In this document: positions 19,406-26,678 of the stretch, one piece after another | How positions within the stretch are numbered: position 1 is the stretch's first letter | Layout: each line of letters starts with the position of its first letter | Assembly: GCA_937915965.1 (NCBI GenBank) | Contig: CALGHC010000490.1 | Location: 1-35,467 of the forward strand | Direction of reading: 5' to 3' | DNA from: an uncultured Myxococcales bacterium | GTDB lineage: Bacteria; Myxococcota_A; UBA9042 | DNA: 35,467 nucleotides | The notes under the pieces: generated by a model | Database searches by the model: none | The model's input: the letters and a program-made list of their open reading frames with translations, nothing else | Told to the model about the DNA's origin: nothing | Program-made: the position numbers and the translations under genes

Positions 19406-20788
19406 CAGCTCCGTGCGCGCCGCGGCGATCGTCGCGACCAGCAGCGCATGAATGCGGTCGCGGCCGGCCTCGCTGTCGGCCTCGGCCCGCAAGACCAGGA
19501 CCGGTCCGGTGTTCGAGGCCCGGACCAGGCCCCAGCCGTCGGCGAAACGCACCCGGACGCCGTCGATGTCGATGACCTCGAGGATGTCGGGATGTCTCTC
19601 GGGCGACAGCATCGTGGTGACCCGGCTGACCACGTCGAACTTGACGCTGTCGGGGCACTCGACCCGCAGCTCGGGGGTCGCGCAGGTCGGGGGTACATCG
19701 GCGAGGAGGCTGGAGAGGGGCGCTTCGGTGCGTGAGAGCAGCTCAAGCAGGCGGCACGTCGTGTAGATCGCGTCGTCGAATCCGTACCAGCGGTGCTTGT
19801 AGAAGATGTGGCCGCTCATCTCGCCAGCGAGGAGCGCGCCCTCCGACTTCATGCGGTCCTTGATGAGGCTGTGGCCGACTCGGCTCATGATCGGCCGGCC
19901 GCCGTGCGCGGCGATGTCGTCGAAGAGCGTCTGGCTGCATTTGACCTCGCCAACGATGGTCGCGCCCGGCTCTTCGGCCAGCAGAGCCCGCGACAGGAGC
20001 ACCATCAGCTGGTCGCCCCAGAGGATGCCGCCCTTCTCGTCAATGACGCCGATGCGATCGCCGTCACCGTCGTATGCGACGCCGAGATCGGCGCCGTGCG
20101 CTGCGACCGCCGCGCGCAGGTCGGCGAGGTTCGCCTCGACCGTTGGATCCGGGTGGTGGTTGGGAAAGTTGCCGTCCAGCTCACAGAACAGCGGCACGAC
20201 GTCGCAGCCCAGGTCGGCGAGCAGGCTCGGCGCGATCGGACCGGTTGGGCCGTTGCCGGCGTCGACGACGAGCTTGAGGCGCCGCTCGCCGAGGCCGATG
20301 TCGCCCTTCACCCTCTCGAAGTAGGGCGTGACGATATCTACGTGCGATCGGCGTCCCGCGTGGCCGTCGTCCCGAACCTCGAAGTCGGCGCTGGCCACGA
20401 GCGTGGCGAGCTTGGCGATGCCCTCGCCGTGCAGCGTGTTCTTGCCGATCATCAGCTTGAAGCCGTTGTCTTGTGGCGGGTTGTGGCTGCCGGTCACCAT
20501 CACGCCGGCGCCGACGTCGAGGGTGTGGACGGCAAAGTACAGCAGCGGGGTCGGTACGATACCCAGATCGATGGTGTCGCAACCGCTCGCCTCGATGCCG
20601 CGCATCACGGCGTCGCGGAGCATCGGGCTCGACAGCCTCGCGTCGCGGCCGACGGCGATGCAGGGCTTCTCACCCTGTCGGCGCGTCATCGTGCCCATCG
20701 CCTGACCGATGCGCTCGACCAGCGTCGGCGTGAAGTCGCGCTGGACCTCGCCGCGGATGTCGTAGGCCCGGAAGATGTGTTTGTTCAT
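19397..20788 (-). CDS. Phosphomannomutase/phosphoglucomutase (alpha-D-phosphohexomutase family)
   Basis: MNKHIFRAYDIRGE...; active-site TGSHNPPQDNGFK; Mg site DGDGDRIGV; sugar loop GEMSGH. Start at ATG 20788 is preceded by GGGAG. The long N-terminal extension of ORF 19397..21784 overlaps manC and is Arg/Pro junk. Confidence 0.93.
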   Translation of the reverse strand: MNKHIFRAYDIRGEVQRDFTPTLVERIGQAMGTMTRRQGEKPCIAVGRDARLSSPMLRDAVMRGIEASGCDTIDLGIVPTPLLYFAVHTLDVGAGVMVTGSHNPPQDNGFKLMIGKNTLHGEGIAKLATLVASADFEVRDDGHAGRRSHVDIVTPYFERVKGDIGLGERRLKLVVDAGNGPTGPIAPSLLADLGCDVVPLFCELDGNFPNHHPDPTVEANLADLRAAVAAHGADLGVAYDGDGDRIGVIDEKGGILWGDQLMVLLSRALLAEEPGATIVGEVKCSQTLFDDIAAHGGRPIMSRVGHSLIKDRMKSEGALLAGEMSGHIFYKHRWYGFDDAIYTTCRLLELLSRTEAPLSSLLADVPPTCATPELRVECPDSVKFDVVSRVTTMLSPERHPDILEVIDIDGVRVRFADGWGLVRASNTGPVLVLRAEADSEAGRDRIHALLVATIAAARTELSE

Positions 20789-20850
20789 CTCGACTCCCAC
20801 GCTGGGGGCCGGCGGCGGCGCGCGCCAATCCCACCAGCAGAAGATGCGAC

Positions 20851-21972
20851 TCAGAGTAGCTCGTCTCGCCCCGCTTGTTCGAGGTGGGTGACGACGCGTC
20901 GCACCTCTTGGGCGCGTTCGACGGGAAGCGCCAGCACGGCGTCGCCGGACACGATGATCGCGACCCCTGGAAGCCCCAGAGCCGCCAGGAAGGGTCCGTC
21001 GGTGACCAGGACGGAGCCAGGCGACTCGAGCGCCAGTACGTCGCCGCGCTCGAAGTGATCCGCGCGCCGATCCTTGTGCTCGAGGAGGCTCTGCCAGGCG
21101 CCGACATCGCTCCAGCCGGCGTCCAGGGGAACGACGCGCAGGTTGCGGGCCTTCTCCGCGATGCCGTGATCGATGCTGATCGACGTCGCAGCGGCGAAGC
21201 TGGCGTCGACGGCGTCGTGGAAAGCAGCGGACGGAAAGGGCACATCGGCCAGCGCGGCCAGCAGCGGCGAGATCCCAAGACCGAGGTGACGGGCAGCCTC
21301 GCGGATCGCCACGTCGGCACGCACCACAAAGACCCCGGCGTTCCACAGGTGCCGGCCGCCGGCGAGGTAGTCGACTGCGGTGTCCTGGTCCGGCTTCTCG
21401 ACAAAGCGCACCACGTCGTAGACGGCGTCGTTGCCGGCGTCTTCGACTATGCGTCCCCGCTCGATGTAGCCGTAGCCCGTCTCGGGGCGGCCGGGCTTGA
21501 CGCCCAGGGTGACGATGTGGCCGCGGTCGGCGTGGTCCGCGGCGATCGCGAGGGCGGCGCGGAATGCGTCGGGGTCGGAGACAAAGTGATCGGCCGGAAG
21601 CAGGGCGATGATCGCCTCGGGGTCGCGGGCGCGCGCTGCGGCGGCCGCCAGTACCATGCAGGGCGCAGTGTTGCGTGGCACTGGCTCGCAGATCGCGTGG
21701 CCGGCAGGTAGGTCGGGCAGCTCGGCGGCGACCGCTGCAGCCAGCCGCTCGGCGGTCACGACGAGCCAGCGCTCCGGGGGACACAGTGGCCGGAGCCGCT
21801 CGGCGGTGGCGCTGAGCAGGCTGCGACCACCGAAGAGCCGGATCAGCTGCTTGGGGCGATCACGTCGCGACAGCGGCCAGAAGCGAGTGCCCGACCCGCC
21901 GGCCATGATGGCGGCATAGAGGCGCTCGGTCGGTGGCCGCGTGCGGCCTGGATACTTCGCAGTGTCGGCCAT
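20851..21972 (-). CDS. manC: Mannose-1-phosphate guanylyltransferase (nucleotidyltransferase-only type)
   Basis: LYAAIMAGGSGTRFWPLSRRDRPKQL..., EKPD, GVFVVRADV. 373 aa. Confidence 0.88.
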   Translation of the reverse strand: MADTAKYPGRTRPPTERLYAAIMAGGSGTRFWPLSRRDRPKQLIRLFGGRSLLSATAERLRPLCPPERWLVVTAERLAAAVAAELPDLPAGHAICEPVPRNTAPCMVLAAAAARARDPEAIIALLPADHFVSDPDAFRAALAIAADHADRGHIVTLGVKPGRPETGYGYIERGRIVEDAGNDAVYDVVRFVEKPDQDTAVDYLAGGRHLWNAGVFVVRADVAIREAARHLGLGISPLLAALADVPFPSAAFHDAVDASFAAATSISIDHGIAEKARNLRVVPLDAGWSDVGAWQSLLEHKDRRADHFERGDVLALESPGSVLVTDGPFLAALGLPGVAIIVSGDAVLALPVERAQEVRRVVTHLEQAGRDELL

Positions 21973-22081
21973 GGCGCCACCCTTGCGCAGGTCGTGCCTG
22001 CTCGGTCAAGATCCCGAGACGGATCGAAGGACTCGGCGCCGGCACCGACGCTGCCCGGCCGCCAAGCGTCCGGAGTGGGCG

Positions 22082-22744
22082 CTAGGCCCGCACGTCGACC
22101 ACGCGGACGTCGTCGGCGACCCGCAGCGGCGCGCCCGTCTTGGCGATGATCTCGTCGATCGAGACGTCGGGGGCGTGTTCTCGCAGCACCAGACCCCCGT
22201 CGGTGACGTCGATGACGGCGAGGTCGGTGACAATGCGCCGGACGCAGCCAATACCCGTGAGCGGCAGCGTGCACTCCGGCAGGATCTTCGGGCGGCCGGA
22301 CTTGTCGGCATGGGTCATCGTCACGACCAGATTGCGGGCGCTGGCGACCAGGTCCATCGCTCCCCCCATGCCCTTGACCATCTTGCCGGGGACCATCCAG
22401 TTGGCGATGTCGCCCTTCTCGCTCACCTCAAGGGCGCCGAGCACGCTGAGGTCGACGTGGCCGCCGCGGATCATCGCGAACGACTCGGCCGAGTCGAAAT
22501 AGGACGCGCCTGGGATCGCGGTCACGGTCTGCTTGCCGGCGTTGATCAGATCGGCGTCTTCGTCGCCCTCGTAGGGGAACGGGCCGATGCCGAGTAGCCC
22601 GTTCTCACTCTGCAAAATAGCGTCGACACCTTCTGGGATGTAGTTCGCGACGAGCGTCGGGATGCCGATGCCGAGGTTGACGTAGTAGCCGTCGTGAATC
22701 TCCTGCGCCACGCGGGCGGCCATCTGCTCTCGAGTCAGCGGCAT
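22082..22744 (-). CDS. scoB: 3-oxoacid CoA-transferase, subunit B
   Basis: [57 protein letters not shown] (catalytic Glu in the SENG motif), ...MGGAMDLV... 220 aa. Confidence 0.92.
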   Translation of the reverse strand: MPLTREQMAARVAQEIHDGYYVNLGIGIPTLVANYIPEGVDAILQSENGLLGIGPFPYEGDEDADLINAGKQTVTAIPGASYFDSAESFAMIRGGHVDLSVLGALEVSEKGDIANWMVPGKMVKGMGGAMDLVASARNLVVTMTHADKSGRPKILPECTLPLTGIGCVRRIVTDLAVIDVTDGGLVLREHAPDVSIDEIIAKTGAPLRVADDVRVVDVRA

Positions 22745-22799
22745 GGGGGACTCCTTCGGGCGCCGTCACAGGCGCCAAGGGGGGGCTGCATCGCGGTGG

Positions 22800-24056
22800 C
22801 TACGGAGCGGCTTTGGCTTTGGCGCGCTTGAGGCTGAGTACGGCCCGGGGCGGGTGCGGTGCGACTGCCGGCTTCTCCAACCCCGCATGGACGCGCCACG
22901 CCGTCTCGTCGAGGCCGAGCTGCTTATCGGTCAATGTTTCTAGCGCGTACACGACGTAATTGGCAACATCGCGGGGCTCGCTGCGCAGCAGCGGCACCAG
23001 GGTGGGCACCACTGTGCGATCGCCCAAACGGCCGATGGTCTTGAGCAGGTCGATGCGCTGTGCGACTCCGACGTGCGTCAGGCGCTTGACCAGGGTCGCG
23101 GCGGCGCCCACCGGCTTGAGTTTGATGACCGCGTCGAGCACCCATGTCTGCTCGTCCGGCGCGAGGTCGTCCGCTCCGGCGGTTGCCAGCACGATGGGGC
23201 CGAGATCGCTCAGGCCCATCGCCACGGCGGCCTTCGCCGCTTCGCCTCGCAGTCCCGGTGTCGCCAGACCGAAGCGGATCGCGGGCCTGGCCCAGGGGGT
23301 CGGCACGGCCGCGAGCAGCGCCAACGCGGGGCGACCAACAGAGCGGGCCGGATGGTCGACGAGCTGGGTTGCCACGGGTATCGCAGCCGCAGATTTCATC
23401 CGCGCCAAGGCTGCCATGGCTCGGCTGCGCGCGGGCGTGTAGATATCGGCCGCTCCCGCGACCTCCACGAGTGGCGCCTCGGCGCGGAGGTCGCCGATCA
23501 TGCCAAGGGCGCGGGCAGCGGCGGCGCGCACCCGGCCGTGGCGTTCCTTGTTGCCCATGGTCGCGATCAGGGCCGCGACTGACTCGGGCGCCTTGAGCAC
23601 GGACAGGGCGCCGATCGCGAGAAGGCGTGCGCGGGTGTCCCCGTCATTGACGAGTTCGACCAGCGGGGCGACCGCGCGGTCGTCGCCGGTGCGTCCCGCC
23701 GCCGCCAGCAGCTGGGCGTACAGGCTCGCAGGCTGGCGATGGGCTTGTGCCGCGAGCCAGATCGGCTCGCGCACACTGTCGCCTCCGATGAGGCTGAGCG
23801 CCATCGCAGCCTTGCCGACCTTCTCGTCCGCGGTCTGCGCGGACGACACGATGGCGATCAGGCCGCTGCGCGCCGGCTCCGCTTGCTTTGTCGCCGCAAG
23901 CAACGCCGGACAGTGGCCAATCGACAGGGCCTCGCAGGCGAGGATGTCATCGGCCGGCGAGGCATTTGCCACAGCCGCTTGAGACAGCGCCGTGAACGCC
24001 GCCAGGCCCGCAAGCAGCATCGTGAAATCGCAGAACGTCGGGTGCAGGTCGCGCAT
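22800..24056 (-). CDS. Secreted HEAT-repeat (PBS-lyase HEAT-like) protein
   Basis: MRDLHPTFCDFTMLLAGLAAFTALSQAAVANA looks like a signal peptide. Repeated helical units follow, e.g. ARLLAIGALSVLKAPESVAALIATMGNKERHGRVRAAAARALGMIGDLRAEAPLVEV. GGAGGAG lies 8 nt before ATG 24056. ATG 24020 is an alternative start. Confidence 0.7.
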   Translation of the reverse strand: MRDLHPTFCDFTMLLAGLAAFTALSQAAVANASPADDILACEALSIGHCPALLAATKQAEPARSGLIAIVSSAQTADEKVGKAAMALSLIGGDSVREPIWLAAQAHRQPASLYAQLLAAAGRTGDDRAVAPLVELVNDGDTRARLLAIGALSVLKAPESVAALIATMGNKERHGRVRAAAARALGMIGDLRAEAPLVEVAGAADIYTPARSRAMAALARMKSAAAIPVATQLVDHPARSVGRPALALLAAVPTPWARPAIRFGLATPGLRGEAAKAAVAMGLSDLGPIVLATAGADDLAPDEQTWVLDAVIKLKPVGAAATLVKRLTHVGVAQRIDLLKTIGRLGDRTVVPTLVPLLRSEPRDVANYVVYALETLTDKQLGLDETAWRVHAGLEKPAVAPHPPRAVLSLKRAKAKAAP

Positions 24057-24334
24057 GGTGGTTGGCTCCTCCGACCGCCGAGGATGCCGCCCGCGGCCGC
24101 CGCCGTCCAGCGCAGTCGTGGCCCACGGGTGTGGTTCACAATTCCGCGTCAGCAGCCGCGCCCGTGATCGGCAGCCGTTCGCGTCTCTCTTCTTGGGGGT
24201 CGGGGCTCGACCCCCAGCGGCAAGAAACGTGGTTCTTGCCGCTTCCCCACTGCGTGGCGGCGTTCGCCGCCTGAGACCCGGGATTCGGAACCGCGCCCGT
24301 GGCCCACTGGCCCATTCGCCCATCTCAAGCACAC

Positions 24335-24381
24335 CGTTGGCGGCTCTCGTTGGCGGCTCTCGTTGGCGGCTCTCGTTGGCG
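24335..24381. repeat. 13-bp tandem repeat (cgttggcggctct) x3.6 in a 510-bp structured intergenic region
   Basis: Three perfect copies at 24335-24373, followed by the partial copy cgttggcg. Confidence 0.9.
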
Positions 24382-24412
24382 TACGGCGCGCGATGCCCCG
24401 GCCACAAACCGA

Positions 24413-24446
24413 CGCGCGGTCCCCAGATCGCTCCGGGGACCGCGCG
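24413..24446 (-). terminator. 12-bp perfect GC hairpin downstream of the DUF2330 gene; probable intrinsic terminator
   Basis: cgcgcggtcccc (24413-24424), a 10-nt loop, then ggggaccgcgcg (24435-24446). On the minus strand it is followed by tcggtttgtgg. A second palindrome, aaccgttggcccaacggtt, lies at 24452-24470. Confidence 0.5.
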
Positions 24447-24568
24447 CAGGGAACCGTTGGCCCAACGGTTTGAGTCTCGCCTCTCGGCCTGGGTCCACCC
24501 ACTCGGCTCGGGTCTGCCTGCGGCAGGGCGGCGGCTCGCCGTTTGGATTTCGCCGGGCGGCGTGTTGG

Positions 24569-26437
24569 TCACGCGAGTCGCCGCCTCCATACGAGCAGGC
24601 CCGCCGCCATCGCGATCAGCATCAGCGCCAAGCCGTTGCCAGCCGGAGCGGCTGCCGCGCTGCAGCCCGACGAGCTGGTCGTCGTCGTCGTGCCACCACC
24701 GCTGTCGGTCCCGGCTACGGGCGACGGGTCCCACGTCACGGCCGGCAAGGTGAGGATGAAGTCCGGGTCGAGGCTCTTCTTGCCGACCTGGGCCGTGTTG
24801 AGCTGGGCGTCGACCATCTCGGCTGCGGAGGGGTCGATCACCAGCGGCGCGCCGGTCTCGTCGAGAACCTCGACCCGCAGAGCTGGCTGGCCGCCGGCCG
24901 CGATCGATTCGCCGTCGCCCTTGCCAAAGGGCGCGCTGCCGCCGACTGGTAGGCCCCAGCAGTAGTCGCTGCCGCTATCGGGCAGGGTGATCGTCGTCTC
25001 GGTGCCGTTGGCAAAGGTGAGGATCGCCTGGTGGGGTTTGGTCGAACCTGGCTTGCAGATGGGCTCGGCCTGCGCCGTGTGGACGTTGTCGACCTCGGGC
25101 AGGTCGGCGTTGAAGGCGAAGATCGGGTCCTTGGTCATCTCGTCGGGGTCCACCGTCGTGTACAGCCGGGTGAGCCAGGTCTTCTCGTCAAACGCACCCT
25201 GCACCTTGGCGAGGGGCTCGACGATCATCACCTGGATCTCCTGGGCAAAGGGGACCGGCTCGAAGGTCTGGCCAGCCACCGCCGCGATGTACTTCGGGCA
25301 CTCGCCCCAGGTGCTGGCGTTTTGGATGCAGTTGTAGAACTCGGCATCGCTGACGTCCTTGTAGAGCGCCGGCTTGGGGATGTACTTGCGGATGAGGTCT
25401 TGCATCTGGCTCGTGCGGGGGTAGCCCTCCTGCATCAGCGCCTGGAGGAACTTGCCCGGGTCCTTGATGCCCTCCAGCTGCTGGGGAATCCAGTCGTCGG
25501 AGGCAAAGCGATTGGCGAAGGCTTTGTCGTACTTCTTGGCGTACTCGGTGACAAAGGCGTGTCCCGCCGCCTGATCGACGGCCTTGCTGACCACGTTCTT
25601 GTAGTTCGAGCCCGGGTTCATCCAGTCGATGGTCGCCTCGTTGAGCACGACGTGCAGGAAGTTCTTCGGGATCGCGCGGTGATCGCCGAGCGTCCAGGTG
25701 ACGATCGGCATGTCGGCCGAGGCCGCCAGCTTGGTGAGTCGGATCGGCAGGCAGGGGGCGACCTCTTCGACCGTCAAGACGATTGGCGCGATGTCTCCGG
25801 CGGCCTTGTCGCTCTGCAGCTTCAGAGCCAGGAAGACGTAGTCCTGCTTGGCGTAGACGTCGATCAACGCCTCGGTCTCCTTCGGCTGGACATAGTTGTT
25901 GTCGTTGAGCCACTTGATCAGTTCGGCTCCCGAGGTGCCCTTGATCACGACCGTGTCGTAGGGGCCGACCTTCAGCTCCTGGAGGACCTCGACGCCACCG
26001 CCGCCGTTCTTGCCGTCGCGATCGTCAGTCGGTCCGCCCGCCGAAGCCTCGAATCGGCAGTCGCCGTAGGCGTTGCAGTCCGGCTTGTTCTGCCACTGCA
26101 GGTAGTACTGGGGGGTGGTCATCTGCTCGAGGATCTGGAAGACGCTGTCCGAGCCGATGCCGAGCTGAGGTACGTCGATGAGCGGCAGGATCCACGAGAA
26201 CTGGTCGTCCTCGCCGGTGTAGCTGATCTGGATGTGAACCGTGTATTTGCCTTCGTCGGCCAGATAGAGGACGCGCTCGGCGCTCTGGTCGATCGGCTGG
26301 GTGGAGCAGAAGAAGCCGCCGCACGCCTGGGCCGGGCGCGGCGCCAAAGAGATCGCCGAGGCCGCGATCAGGGCAGCCGCGACGCTCAGCGCGGTGGCAC
26401 GGCCGGTGCGCGGCAGAATGCGGGTGAGGGTGTTCAT
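24569..26437 (-). CDS. DUF2330-family secreted protein with a C-terminal MYXO-CTERM sorting tag
   Basis: N-terminal signal peptide ending ...PRPAQACGGFFCSTQP, the ACGGFF hallmark of DUF2330. The C-terminus SSSGCSAAAAPAGNGLALMLIAMAAGLLVWRRRLA has a Gly-Cys, a TM helix and an RRR tail, i.e. MYXO-CTERM (TIGR03901-like). ATG 26437 lies 6 nt after GGAG. ATG 26443 abuts the SD and is the ORF-track alternative. Confidence 0.8.
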   Translation of the reverse strand: MNTLTRILPRTGRATALSVAAALIAASAISLAPRPAQACGGFFCSTQPIDQSAERVLYLADEGKYTVHIQISYTGEDDQFSWILPLIDVPQLGIGSDSVFQILEQMTTPQYYLQWQNKPDCNAYGDCRFEASAGGPTDDRDGKNGGGGVEVLQELKVGPYDTVVIKGTSGAELIKWLNDNNYVQPKETEALIDVYAKQDYVFLALKLQSDKAAGDIAPIVLTVEEVAPCLPIRLTKLAASADMPIVTWTLGDHRAIPKNFLHVVLNEATIDWMNPGSNYKNVVSKAVDQAAGHAFVTEYAKKYDKAFANRFASDDWIPQQLEGIKDPGKFLQALMQEGYPRTSQMQDLIRKYIPKPALYKDVSDAEFYNCIQNASTWGECPKYIAAVAGQTFEPVPFAQEIQVMIVEPLAKVQGAFDEKTWLTRLYTTVDPDEMTKDPIFAFNADLPEVDNVHTAQAEPICKPGSTKPHQAILTFANGTETTITLPDSGSDYCWGLPVGGSAPFGKGDGESIAAGGQPALRVEVLDETGAPLVIDPSAAEMVDAQLNTAQVGKKSLDPDFILTLPAVTWDPSPVAGTDSGGGTTTTTSSSGCSAAAAPAGNGLALMLIAMAAGLLVWRRRLA

Positions 26438-26517
26438 GGTCATCTCCGTGGGGCCTTGGGGTCGGTGTTGGCGTGCAAACAGAGCAGCCGTTCTACCCGC
26501 TGGTTCTATCCCTTAGT

Positions 26518-26533
26518 TGCAAACTCCTTGCCA
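26518..26533 (-). promoter_or_regulatory. Sigma-54 (-24/-12) promoter upstream of the DUF2330 gene
   Basis: The minus-strand sequence TGGCAAGGAGTTTGCA matches the consensus TGGCACG-N4-TTGCW at 11 of its 12 specified positions, with correct GG/GC spacing. It lies about 80 nt upstream of the start codon. Confidence 0.6.
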
Positions 26534-26678
26534 ACCTCGACCAACACCGTGCGATCGTGATCAGCATCTCGTTTGTTGGCACGCTCCAGCCGCCGCTGAT
26601 GCCGCACCGCCGCCCTGGTGCTGTGGCATAAATCAACAGATCGGTGTGGCTATGTTTATGAATTGAACGCTCTGCCCG

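Noticed and set aside
20789-21784. The N-terminal 332-aa extension of ORF 19397..21784. The analogous extensions are 24057..24734 of the HEAT gene ORF and 29259..29597 of the aminopeptidase ORF.
   Set aside because: The extensions overlap neighbouring genes or intergenic DNA, are Arg/Pro/Gly-rich junk, and in each case an internal ATG with a good Shine-Dalgarno coincides with the start of family homology.
24277-24295. A tRNA T-arm-like string on the minus strand (CGCGGTTCCGAATCCCGGG), suggesting a tRNA, tmRNA or att remnant.
   Set aside because: The loop is 8 nt rather than 7, the flanking bases do not form a 5-bp T-stem, and no acceptor or anticodon arms can be built around it.
25031-26560. 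A 509-aa plus-strand ORF antisense to the DUF2330 gene. Also 33798..35183 (+), 19793..21058 (+) and 20875..21711 (+), which are antisense to other minus-strand genes.
   Set aside because: They show no motifs and have repetitive Arg/Gly/Asp/Val composition. The opposite strand carries recognisable protein families with proper signals.
26577-26591. TGGCACGCTCCAGCC on the plus strand, resembling a sigma-54 -24 element.
   Set aside because: The -12 position reads AGCC rather than TTGC, and no plus-strand gene lies downstream. The minus-strand site at 26518-26533 is much better and correctly placed.
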